64,000 nt of DNA from Podarcis liolepis. Lineage: Eukaryota. The notes under the pieces were generated by a model that had not been told where the DNA came from, ran no database searches, and worked only from the letters and a program-made list of their open reading frames with translations. Positions 26,592 through 37,699 of this stretch are shown one piece after another. The stretch's first letter is position 1; every line of letters starts with the position of its first letter. The DNA is taken from assembly GCA_965112155.1 (NCBI GenBank), contig OZ218100.1. One strand, given 5' to 3'. Made by a program: the position numbers and the translations under genes.

Positions 26592-27045
26592 CTGAAAGAA
26601 ATTTCAAAACAGTATTAAAGTGGAAGATAAAATGCTTCTGAAGGATTACAATAATTAAGTATACACCTAAGTGCACAATTTTAAGTATACAAGAATGCAA
26701 TCCTAGACATGTTCATATAAATAAAATAAATCTGTTATCATGGTTTAGGCATTACTTCTACTGCTTCTATATATATATATCTGCAAAATGTGATATAATT
26801 TATTACAGAATATATACCTTCAGGGCAGCAGTTCATGAACTTGATCCACAAACTAGATAGGAGTGAAATCCACAGGATTAGCACTGTAATCGGGTTAATT
26901 GATTTGTGGATGAAGCTGGATGTTTAGTTATTGTGATTTATAAAGCAACTCACATTAGGCTGCCTTAACACTTTCTAATTCCTTCAGACTATTTTACCTT
27001 AACTAAATACCATTTTTAAAGTGTATACTTTTATAACTACTGTAC

Positions 27046-27218
27046 CTGCTTTGATGAACAAACAGCATCTTGAAATAGTTGGAAAAAGAGGCAAGGACAG
27101 ATTTGTGTGCCTTGAAGTAAACATCACCAATAGCAACTGTGCAGTCACACAGGAAACCAAACTCCCGTTGAGCATTGAGCTGCTGCAGAAGAATCAGTCC
27201 ATGGTTGGCTAAATCCAT
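27046..27218 (-). CDS. ZBTB2: ZBTB2 coding exon 1 (BTB/POZ N-terminus); exon begins at 27228
   Basis: [57 protein letters not shown]. Acceptor tttacag at 27229-30. Donor AG|gtacag in phase 2, matching the next exon. Confidence 0.97.
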
Positions 27219-27539
27219 CTTTTAAATTCTGTAAAGCAAATATACTTGTTTAAAACAATTTCCTCAAACATACTGTTACAGATCTGGGGTAAACAGAATT
27301 TGGGAGTAAAAGGGTACGCATAACTGCTAGGGCTAGTGAATGTTAGAAATAAATAAATGGTAAAATTTAGATAATATTTGAAGTATTGAAGGGAACATGC
27401 CCAACATTAGGAAATTGCCCTGGGGAAAAGTGCAATCAAGGTGCAATTACCAGACCAATGGCCAGTGATTGACCCTGTTCCTGAGCTCAGGGTATATAGC
27501 AGAGTTGGGAGGGGGAGGTTACAGGTGGTGTAATGTCAC

Positions 27540-27764
27540 TAGGGCTGGGCAATATATTGCCCAAAACCAGTTTGAAGTCCATATCATACTGGTTTCATAA
27601 TTTTTGACCTATGATGTGTGTGTGCGTGCGCAAAAAAACACACGATACGGGGGGAACTGTGAACCCAGCCAGTGCCTGAACAGAGCTCCATCCTTTCATG
27701 ATGTTAAGCGGGTTTATTTACACATAATGTATATACAACCTGGAGCCTACAATGGAGGAAGTTC

Positions 27765-27797
<33 letters not shown>

Positions 27798-27936
27798 CAA
27801 AACATGTCAGCTTATTCCATTGCAGCAACAACAATAAGCTCAGCACCATCTTTTCTCTTCAGCCTATCTTGCACTGCAGGGCACAACATAGCTTAGCAGT
27901 TCCTTTCTGCTTCCTGATTACATCAGTCCAGCCCTA
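27540..27936. mobile_element. Possible hAT-like non-autonomous remnant containing (CAG)10
   Basis: TAGGGCTGG...CCAGCCCTA short inverted termini. No clear TSD. Confidence 0.4.
27766..27795 (+). repeat. (CAG)10 microsatellite in ZBTB2 intron 1
   Basis: Ten perfect CAG units read directly. Confidence 0.95.
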
Positions 27937-28006
27937 ACCTCAGAGCTTCTTTCCTAGCCTCAGCTCTGGTCCCTCCTTTGCTATGCTAAAGCAAATTACC
28001 TCAAAG

Positions 28007-28372
28007 GGATATGGATGGTACTGTGGTATAACCACTGAGCCTCTTGGGCTTGTTGATCAGAAGGTTGGCAGTTCGAATCCCTATGACAGGGTGAGCTCCC
28101 ATTGCTCTGTCCTAGCTCCTGCCAACCTAGCAGGTCGAGAATACCAGTGCAAGAGATATATAGATACCACTGTGGCGGGAAGGTAAAGAGTGTTTTCGTG
28201 CGCTCTGGTTTCTGTCACAGTGTTCCATTGTGCCAGAAGCAGTTTAGTCCTGCTGGCCACATGACCCGGAAAGCTGTCTGTGGACAAACGCTGGCTCCCT
28301 TGGCCTCAACCCCATAGTCGCCTTTGACTGGACTTAACTGCCAAGGGGTCCTTTACTGTTACCTTTTACCTA
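28007..28372 (+). mobile_element. Sauria SINE (Squam1-type)
   Basis: tRNA-like head with B-box GTTCGAATCC, body GTGAGCTCCC..CTCCTGCCAACCTAGCAG, tail GGGGTCCTTTA..ACCTTTTACC. Confidence 0.85.
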
Positions 28373-28724
28373 CCTCAAAGGGGATTAACTTTTCACACAT
28401 CTCTTTTGAGGCTTTGAACTTCAAATGGTCTATGTCCCTCCCCCTCCTTCACCTAAACAAGGAAATTAGTCTTTTCAATCAACACTTGTTGATTGGCTAG
28501 CATTACTGACCTGATACACAACTTCAGAAAACTGCCTAATTTAATTAGTGGTTTACCCACAGTAATTATTGATGCTTAGAATACATCACTTCCCACGGCA
28601 CATAATTTGTAACGCAAGCCAAATTAAACACATAAAACCTTAATTAAATTATGGCACTATCTTGATCTGGATTTTTAGGCTGTCTTGCACCCCAGATTAT
28701 TAACAATATCCCATGGCCAAGTTG

Positions 28725-29120
28725 CTCACCAGGGCAATGGTTGTAGCTTATTACACCACTCCTTGCCTGACTGTACTGGCTGCCATTTAGTTTCCAGGCC
28801 CAATTCAAAGTGCTGATTTTGACCTATAAAGCTGTAAGTGGCTCAAGACCACAATACCTCAAGGACTGCCTCTTTCTATATGAACCTACCCGGACCCGCA
28901 GATTATCTTCTAAGGATCTTCTTCATGTGCCTCCTCCACAAGTTGTCCAGAGGGCAGCAACACAAAAACAGGTCTTTTCTCGCCAGGCAACAACATTCGT
29001 CTTCCACCATGACTTTGGCTATTTAACACCCTATACTCTTTTAAATGTGTTTGTGGAAGGGAAGGGTTTTGTTGTTTTTATGTATGGTTTTTTAAAAATT
29101 ATATTGTATTTTTATGGTGT
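28725..29120 (+). mobile_element. L2-clade LINE 3' fragment
   Basis: Degenerate (L)YWLPFSFQAQFKVLILTYKA...PQYLKDCL..YEPTR, typical of the L2 ORF2 C-terminus. Confidence 0.7.
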
Positions 29121-29157
29121 GAAACTCAGATCCTTGGATAAAGTGTTATATGCAAAT

Positions 29158-29433
29158 GAGAGCTCACTGGAAAGACAGATCCTGAAGCTGAGGCTCCAAT
29201 ACTTTGGCCACCTCATAAGAAGAGAAGACTCCCTGGAATAGACCCTGATGTTGGGAAAGATTGAGGGCACAAGGAGAAGGGGACGACAGAGGACGAGATG
29301 GTTGGACAGTGTTCTCGAAGCTACGAACATGAGTTTGACCAAGCTGCAGGAGGCAGTGGAAGACAGAAGTGCCTGGCGTGCTCTGGTCCATGGGGTCACG
29401 AAGAGTCGGACGCGACTAAACCACTAAACAACA
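29158..29433 (+). mobile_element. BovB (RTE clade) LINE 3' end, 5'-truncated
   Basis: SLERQILKLRLQYFGHLIRREDSLE*TLMLGKIEGTRRRGRQRTRWLD, then the BovB tail GTCCATGGGGTCACGAAGAGTCGGAC..ACTAAACAACA. Confidence 0.92.
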
Positions 29434-29649
29434 TTGCTATTCCAATGTACAGACCTGAAACACTTGGATTTAAAACAAATGAGTCCCAGGGAATCTGGTG
29501 ATAAATATCCCCCTTTAACGGATTTGTTTTTCAGTCCAAGATGACCAGGACATTGGGTTTGGGGCACTAAATAAAAATTTGAGGCTCTTGTGGTTGTGAT
29601 CCTGGTTCGTCTGCTACTGCGCGCAAACAGAAAGTATCGAAATAAAACA

Positions 29650-31420
29650 CTTAAGAGCTTTAAGGCGCCGAATAAAAGTGGCAAATCCCGTCTGCATCCC
29701 GGCCAGGAAGGAAGCGGGGGAAAGGAGCATTTTGCAAACTAAGCGGCTGCTCGCTCGGCAAGGAAGCAGACCGTCCGGCTCCTTCTCTAAACAACCCACA
29801 AGAGCCAGCGAGACTCCGAGGCGGCGCTCATAGGCGACAGCCGGACGGAGAGAAATCAACAGCAACCAATAGCGGAGGAGCGCCGCAACCTTCCTTTTAG
29901 CTCCTCACGCGGCGCTTTCCGCGGTGAATCACGGGGTGCCTGCGCTGATGGCGTTTCCTATTGGCTGCCCGTCGGTGGGCGGGCAGCTGAAAGAGGACAG
30001 GCAAAGCCAAGCCGCCGCAGCCATCGCGCGCGCCCCCCGGGCTCTCGCAGCCGCAGCTCCGCCTACGCCACGCCCCCTGCCCTCCCTCCCCCTCCCCTCG
30101 GCGACGCGAGGTCTCCACGTGCGCGTACACGCAGCTCCCGGAGGGGGGCGGGGCGTACGCGAGGACGGACGGCGGCGCCAGGCGACGTAAGCAGCGCGAG
30201 CGAGCGAGCTGCGGCGCCTAAGGCGCGCGAGAGACGGGATCCGCCGCTGTCGCCAGGGCCGCCTAGGCTGCTGAAGAGACGCAGACGGAGCCGCCCACCA
30301 TCAACCCCCCCGCCCTCCCTCCTTCTCGCTCCCTCCCTCCCCCTCCCTTTCCCGCTCCGCGCGGCTGCCTCAGCGCCCGCCCCTCCCCCCTCTCTAGGCC
30401 GGGCTGCTGCTGCTGCTGCTGCCGCTGGTGAGAGAAAAAGCGGGGAAGGCCGCTGCGTAGCTCGGCGGCTCCGAGGGAGGGAGGGAGACAGACCGGAGGG
30501 AGCGGGGAAAGCAGGCGCCCAGGGGCCCGAACCAAGCCCAGCTCATGCTGACCCCGCGGGCCAGGGTTGGTGGGAGCAGAACCCCCCCCCCTCGGGTCCT
30601 GACCGGGCGACCTTCCCACCCGCCGACCCCGGGGGGGGGAGCAACCTCCACCGTCTCGAGGCCGCCGCCGGTTGGTCGCGAAATCCCCCTCAGGTGCTCG
30701 GGCCGCCCTTTCCCTCCTTTCGGGTCCCGACCTGGCCTAGCCCAACCGCCAGCACAATGGTGGGCATGGAGCGGGTGGGGGAGCAGCCGGACGCCTCGGC
30801 CTCCTCCGCCGCCGCCGCTGCTTACGCTTCCCTCTCCCCCCCCCCCGCCGCCCCGATTCACCTTGTGTATGTAGGGGGGGGCCAGACGGAGCTCACCTGG
30901 CTCGCGCTCTCCGGGAGCCCCCGCCGCCGCCTCGGCGCGCGCCCAGCAGCAGCAGCAACAACGGAGTCGGAGACGGCGGCGGCGGCGGCTTTTCCTGTCC
31001 GGTTACGTTAGGGTCACATGACCGAGAGCGGAGCAGAGAGGCTGTGGCGAGGAGCCCCCGCCGGGGAGAGAGGCAGAGAGGAGGGGGAGGGGAGGCGGCG
31101 ACGAGCGCTGTGGCGGCAACAGCAGCAGGAGCCACCCCTCCCCCCTCGCCTCCTTCCCCGCCCGCCTCGCCTTTTCGCGCGCCGCTTCCAGCGAGCAGCA
31201 AGCGCAGGCCGCACCGGGCTCGGGGCGGGCGGGCGCTCATTTGCAACGGCGGGGAGAGAGGGAAAAGCGAAGCCGGGCCTGTCGGCTGTGGCTGCTTTGG
31301 GGTGTAATGCACCGACATAGGCGGCGTACTGGAGCGAGAACTGCATCTTCAAACATTCGCTCCATGCGATGTTCTCTCCCCCGAGCAGTTATAGGAGGGA
31401 GGGAATTGCCACGAGGTGGC
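29650..31420. promoter_or_regulatory. ZBTB2 CpG island / promoter
   Basis: Very high GC and CpG density against an AT-rich background. GC boxes (GGGGCGGG), CCAAT boxes and a CTCF-like TGCCACGAGGTGGC at 31407-31420. Confidence 0.9.
30897..31020 (-). other. ZBTB2: ZBTB2 non-coding first exon (5' end approximate)
   Basis: Lies in the CpG island. Strong donor GAGCCAG|gtgagc at 30897/30896. GCC/CTG-repeat-rich leader. Confidence 0.7.
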
Positions 31421-32477
31421 CAAAACAACAATAAGATACGCTTATTTGAGGGTAAGAAAGTAAAGGTGCGATGAGGGGAGAGCTACAGCAGCTAGGGTTA
31501 ATGACCAATACTATTTTTAAGGTGAGGTTTGTTAATTTTCAAAGGATTGAATTGGCACTACAATATAATATGCAATTTTAAGCGGCTACTTAAGCCTTGC
31601 TTAGAATATCAAATATGTTTACTCTTCAGTGCATTTTTGTAGGTGTTTATGGAGGGCCAGATAAAATGTAATTTTTTGAATGTATCAGCAATCAGTAGTT
31701 GTACTGAGAAAAAGGCTTGGAAGATGAGTTAACCCTTTTTTAAAAAGGGATCCAGTGCTGTCATAAGTAACTGAAAGTACTATGCCATAGTTGGCAGTAT
31801 AGATATATAGGTCAAAATCGGTACAAAAATACATGCATTTGGCTTGGCACCTGTTGAAATGTTTTGATTACATGTGGCTATTGCTTCGATGCTTTGTGAC
31901 AATAGTCAAATGTCAGTTCACTACTGGAGTGCTGAGACTCTAGAACTGCAGTAAAAAAAGAGAACTTGCTGAGTAGCCTTTTGTGTTTTTAAAAAAGGAG
32001 AGAAATCCGAATGACAATAGTGCATATGAGAATTAACCTAATCTATAAATGGCGTCATCTGCCCCAAAGTGAATATGCTTCTGCTTGCCAGTGCTTTGAA
32101 TAATAGGTGTCCTTATATCTGAAGATAGAAAGAAATGCGATTGCAATAGTGAGTTCTCAATATATAGGATTGCAGCTATAATACATACTTATGATATTTC
32201 CCCCCAGTCATGTTGGGGCATGGGTCTGGAATACTTAAAAATTGCTGAATATGCTTTTGTTCCCTGAATTGCTTCCTGTAACAACTTAGACAGGCTATTT
32301 GTGTTCTTCTGTTTGATCTGTAGCTGTGCACTGCCTTTCCTGTTAAGCTTCAAACATCTACAATGCTAGGTGTTACAAATATTATGTTGTAATGATATTA
32401 AGAGAAAAGGTTGCAGAATATTTTACTTAATTTTACTCAAACCAGGATCTAAGGTAGATCTCGTAAGATCCAGGTAG

Positions 32478-32694
32478 TCTCGTAATCTGGGGAACCGGGT
32501 TCGAGTCTCCGCTCCTCCACATGCAGCTGCTGGGTGACCTTGGGCCAGTCACACTTCTTTGAAGTCTCTCAGCCTCACTCACCTCACAGAGTGTTTGTTG
32601 TGGGGGAGGAAGGGAAAGGAGATTGTGAGCCGCTTTGAGACTCCTGAAGGGGAGTGAAAGGCGGGATATCAAATCCAAACTCTTCTTCTTCTTC
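32478..32694 (+). mobile_element. tRNA-derived SINE with L2-like tail (Squam2-like), 5'-truncated
   Basis: GGGTTCGAGTC B-box, GGGTGACCTTGGGCCAGTCAC core, AGCCGCTTTGAG..GGCGGGATAT and a (CTT)n tail. Confidence 0.8.
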
Positions 32695-33179
32695 TAATAA
32701 ACTGTTCTATCTGCATTTATGTATTTACTGGAAGCTTGCTGTTAGAGAAAAAAGTTATTTGTTAGAAAATGTAAGGAGCCCATAGGATTTAAAATTGAAG
32801 ATTCTGTTTTGTGTAGTTCTGTTGTGTGTAGCTCTTCTTTGTTGGTTCCAGAAAGTTGATGTGGAGTTTAAAAACTGCCATAGGCAAAGGAGTTCTAATA
32901 ATGTTTTGTTATGGAGTGTCAGGCTCTATTGTACATACATGTTTAATATATAATATTTGCATTTCTTTGATACCACTAATTTTATTATATAAATTCAATG
33001 GATCTGAAAAGGCTTGAAATTAAGTATTTCATTCAGACTGACTTACTTATACTGACTTAATTCCCCACAGAATTTAGTCGGACTTAAGTGTGCATAAGGT
33101 AGTAGCCTCAGGTCTCATCCTTGTGCCCATACCAGGGCAGTCAAGCTTTACCAAATGGACCACAAGACTACTTTGACAT

Positions 33180-33495
33180 GGAAACCGTGGGCCGCACACC
33201 CCCTTCCCGTAGGCATCTAAGCAAGGAGCCAGGCTTTGGGAAGAAGGTGCAAGGCTCTGGCAGGGTCCTAGAGTCCTCACACCTCCTTCCCAAAGCCTAG
33301 TTAGCACTTCCCAGCTGTGGGAAGGAGGTGTGAGGACTCTAGAACCCTGTCAGATCATTCATGGCTTCCTCCCAAAGCCCAGCACTTCACTTTACTGGCT
33401 TGGGGAAGGCAGTGTGAGCGCTGAGGTGTGTGTGTGTGTCAAATGTTGCTGAGGGTCACCCAGAAATGCCTCGAGGGCCACATGCAGCCCTCAAG
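33180..33495. repeat. Dispersed repeat with internal 40-bp-arm hairpin (probable DNA-transposon interior)
   Basis: Arms 33257-33296 and 33314-33353 are 37/40 complementary. Related copy in opposite orientation at ~60027-60190. Confidence 0.75.
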
Positions 33496-33539
33496 ATAAG
33501 CATTGGATATATTTGTACATCACCTCACCCAACTAGTTC

Positions 33540-34310
33540 CCAGAGCAATTCAAAACAATTAAACAGTGCAAACCCAGAATAAAATAGTAAAAAGTAAGAT
33601 TGAGTAGAATAAGTAGATAAAAACAAAGATAGTCCAGAGCTTTAAAGGCCTGTGGTAACAAAAAACATCTTTGCCTGATGCTGAAAAGATAAAACAGGCA
33701 GGGCAGGTATTCCTGGAAAGGAAATTCTGTAAATGTAGGATCCTCTCTGAAAAGGCTTTCCCTATGGTTGCCATCTACCTTATGAAAAGGAGAGGCTTGC
33801 TTGCTGACCTAAATCGTTGGGCTGATGGATGTCCTTTAGGAACTCAATACTCAAAACGGTTTATGGTTTTGGAAATTTGCATCAATACCTTGAATTCTGC
33901 TTGGAAACAAACCAGCTGGTGAAGTTTTTAAGCCCAATGTTGCATTGCCTGTAGTTTGGTAGCTGTATTCTGTACTATCAGTAGCTATCATGCAAGTCTT
34001 CAGATGCAGTTCCACATATAATTCATTATAGTAAACAATACTGGGTGGTTTATCAGAGTATGGAGAATAGCCAGGCTCTCTCTGTCCAAGCCAGACTATG
34101 GCTGGTACAGCACTCACAGCTAATGAAAGGTACTATGTACCACAAGACACAAGATCCATAAACACACCCACACTGAATCTTATCTTATAGGGTAGAGTGC
34201 AAACCCATCTAGAACAGGCTGAACACCCATCTCCCTGAGCAAATAAACTATCTGTGCCCAGAACCTCTGTTTTGTTAAGATGGTTTAGTGCTCATCTAGC
34301 CTATCACAGC
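33540..34310 (-). mobile_element. Degraded LINE (L2-like) fragment
   Basis: Motifs such as accttgaattctgcttggaaacaaaccag and aggctttccctatggttgcc are typical of reverse-strand reptile L2. Approximate. Confidence 0.5.
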
Positions 34311-34322
34311 ATTTCAGTGATA

Positions 34323-34642
34323 CAGTGGTGCCTCGCAAGACGAAAATAATCCATTCCGCGAGTCTCTTCATCTAGCGGTTTTTTCGTCTTGCAAAGCAAC
34401 CCTATTAGCGGATTAGCGCTATTAGCGGTTTAGTGGCTATTAAAGGCTTAGCGGCTAAAAGGCTATTAGCGGCTTAGAAAAAGGGGGGGAGCAAAAAAAA
34501 TCACAAGACTCGCAAGACGTTTTCGTCTTGCGAAGCAAGCCCATAGGGAAAATCGTCTTGCAAAGCGCATTGAAAAACGGAAAACCCTTTCGTCTAGCGG
34601 GTTTTTCGTCTTGCGAGGCATTCGTCTTGCAGGGCACCACTG
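34323..34642. mobile_element. Tc1/pogo(Tigger)-type MITE, family A (opposite orientation)
   Basis: TA|CAGTGGTGCCTCGCAAGACG...CGTCTTGCAGGGCACCACTG|TA. Reverse-complement homologue of 3332-3650. Confidence 0.9.
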
Positions 34643-35928
34643 TATACATACGGACTCCAAATCACGTCTATTAAGCCACACAGTACCAAGTAATCACATG
34701 TCTTAAAAACAGCTTTTGAATATCAGGTAGGTATACAATTCTAACCCCATCCCCAATGTTTGAAGGCTGAGCACTGTAGTTGACTCTGCTGGCATTGAGT
34801 CACACGGCTAGTTGTGAGGGGTGCTACCCAGGTGGGCAGAAGCTATCTCCAGTGGTAAGCCCTGAAGTGGTAAGTATCACAGGGGTGGTGTACTGGCATT
34901 TTTCAGCCCGGCTGGCATGAGCCAACAGTGTTTGGGATGTGGTGGTGTATCTACCATGTTTTTCCTCCAAGCCCACCTAAGATTGCTCTGCTAGTGACTT
35001 CACACCTGTCAAACCTTGAGGTATGCTTGCAGTCAGGTGTGCCAACTTGAATAAAATAGGGTAGGTAAGCCCCGACCCACATAATCACATTGCATGGCAC
35101 ACGCACACCATTTGAATGGCAATGCCCATCAACTTTGCAGGGTTGTGACGCCCTCAAATATTTTATTTGGGGAGGCGAATGGGCCCTCGGCCCCTAGAAA
35201 TTGGCTCCTATGCTTCCAGTACTTAAGTGTTCATATGTAGTACATATCCAGGTATTTGAAACAAAACATGAAAGTTTGCCTTCATGCACTGATTGTAGAC
35301 TTTTTAAAAAAAGGAGTTTCAAAAGGTCAGTAAACTTGTGCAATCTCCACATTAATGTGAAATAAATTAGCAGGACTTTAGTGTATGAGTTCTGCTTTTA
35401 ACAATTGGTTAATGAGTTTTGAAATGTGAGACTTTGTATGTGTAAGAGCTGCTTTACACCTAATGGATGGAAATGATAAATATGTTGTGGCATGTGATTG
35501 GTTGCTGGGTAAAAGCAGTCATAGGACCAAAACATTGCTCACTACTTAAATGGTATAAAACAATAATGCCACACATGTAAATTAAGAACAAGACAGAATC
35601 TCAGAATTAATGTGGTTGTGTGATTAATCTGTATGTTTTATTTATTATTTTTTGTGGGAAATGGTGCTTCACATTCATGAAGAAAGGAATCTATATACCA
35701 GTGATTGTGAACCTTTTAGACATCGAGTGCCCAAACTGCAACCCAAAACCCACTTATTTATCGCAAAGTGCCAACACGGCAATTTAACCTTTGTATCTTA
35801 TTTTTTTCTGTGTGTTTCATGTTTCTTCTTTATGACTGTTGTAATAAATAATGCTTCATAAAAGTTAATTGCATTACATTCTTCATTAAATTATCTTTCC
35901 ATTTATATATAATTTTATGGTATAAACT

Positions 35929-36012
35929 CAGTGCTTTTTTTCTAAAAAAAATGTTTAAGGGAACTCTCATTTTGACTCAAGAAAATCACCACCAGGGGAA
36001 AAATAAATACAG
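35929..36012. mobile_element. Truncated hAT MITE, same family as 54567-54722
   Basis: CAGTGCTTTTTT terminus. CTCTCATTTTGACTCAAGAAAATCACCA is the reverse complement of ~54661-54688. Confidence 0.75.
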
Positions 36013-36272
36013 TTCAAATTGGAGAAAATAAATACAGTGGCACCTCAGTTTTCAAACAGCTTAGTTCTTGAACTACTGGGAACCTGAACCTGTTCCGGTT
36101 TTGGAACTTTTTTTGGAAGCTGAGGAGCACCTGGTTGCCTTCAAGTGGTGCAGGGGCTCTCACATGCAGCTTCCAGGCTGCCTCCACCTTCCCCAACCCC
36201 AGCAACTATTCAGCCTGGCTGCCTTCACGGGCTTGCAGGGGATCTGATGCAGTGGTGGGGACTCCTTTAAAC

Positions 36273-37699
36273 CAGTGTTTCCCAACCTTTTTTGGGCAAA
36301 GGCACACTTGTTTCATGAAAAAAATCTCGAGGCACACCACCATTACAGCCCCGTGACGTCAGCGCGCAGCGTCACACCGGGAGGGACATGAATTGCTAGC
36401 AAATTACATAATCACCTCCTTGAGGGCTGGCTCATCTTCTCCGAAGGCAGAACCCCATTAATTAACAGCACAGACTCACACCATAGCCAAGACGAGGGGG
36501 AAAAACCTCAGTCATGCACAGTCATGCACATGTGGGGGCTAAATGAGGATGAAGACCGGGCAGAGAGCAGGGTTCAAATCACCCCACCTGGCCAGGACAA
36601 TCCCTGGGTGCTCCCTTGGGCCACTCGCCTGACCCACCTCGCAGGGCTGTTGTTGCGAGGATAACACGGGGAGAACCACGCGCGCCCCCGGGAGCTCCTT
36701 GGATGAGAAAGCGGGCGATGAATGCAATGCACGAAATATATGAGAGGCGACCAGGTTTTGCAGGTGAGGGGCCCCCGCCAGCCTCCGCTTCCAACACCCG
36801 GCGCAACGACGCCGAAGTTTCCCCCCAGGCTCGGCTCGGGGAGCAGCGCTGTTCCCCCCGGCTCCCCTTCGCCCTCCCGGCTCTCTCTGCCGCCCACTGG
36901 GGACCCCCCTCACCTGCCAAGTCCGGAGCGCCGGTGGAAGTTGCATGCATGCATGCAGGGCGCCGCGTTGCCATTGCATTGCACTGCACTCCATGCAACG
37001 CCTGCACGCATGCATTGCCTTGCACGCCCGCCAAGGGGTCTCCCCGCGGTCCGATGCGTCCCCTCCGGCGCGGATGCAGCATTGCAAAAATAACACCCCC
37101 CCGACGCAGCCCTACCTGGGGGGCAGCCTCCGCCGCTCCGCCTCCGCGGGGATCCCCGGGCTCCATCCTGCCGCCCGATCTCCGCGGGGGCACAGGCAGG
37201 CTGCGTGGGGTCTGCGCGGAAGAGCCCCTGCCCGCCCGGCCGCCGCCGCTGCGCTCATTCCATGGCCGGGAGAAGAGCGCTTCAAACAAAACGCCCGGCC
37301 CGCCAGGCCACGCTGGGAAACGTAGTTTGCGCACCCCGCGCGGGCGCGGAGCCCAAGGGCGAGGGGACTACGGATCCCGGCAGCCCCCGCGCCGGGGACG
37401 GAGGGGGAGAGGCCGGGTGCAGGGATGGAGGGACGGGTGGGCGAGCGAGTGAGTGAGTGGCAGCCGCCAAGCCTTGGCCGAGAGCCAGGAAGGGCCTCCC
37501 CGGAGGAGGAGGAGGAGGAGGGAGGCGCAGAGCGGGAGGGAGGGAGGGAACCCCAGGGGTCATCTAGTGACGACGCCCCAATCGAAAATTTGACTTTTAA
37601 AAAAAAAAATCTTTCGAATTTTTTAATTTTTCCCGCGGCACACCAGGCAACATCTCGCGGCACACCAGTGTGCCGCGGAACAGTGGTTGGGAAACACTG
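36273..37699. mobile_element. Non-autonomous hAT (Charlie-like) element, 1427 bp, with CpG-island cargo
   Basis: Perfect 15-bp TIR CAGTGTTTCCCAACC / GGTTGGGAAACACTG. Perfect 8-bp TSD CTTTAAAC (36265-72, 37700-07). Subterminal GGCACAC repeats at both ends. No transposase ORF. Confidence 0.95.

Noticed and set aside
27604-27837. PolyQ-containing ORF
   Set aside because: Intronic (CAG)10 in repeat-derived DNA with a non-ATG start and no splice or homology support.
29600-31480. Many overlapping Gly/Pro/Arg-rich ORFs
   Set aside because: Stop-codon scarcity in the ZBTB2 CpG island.
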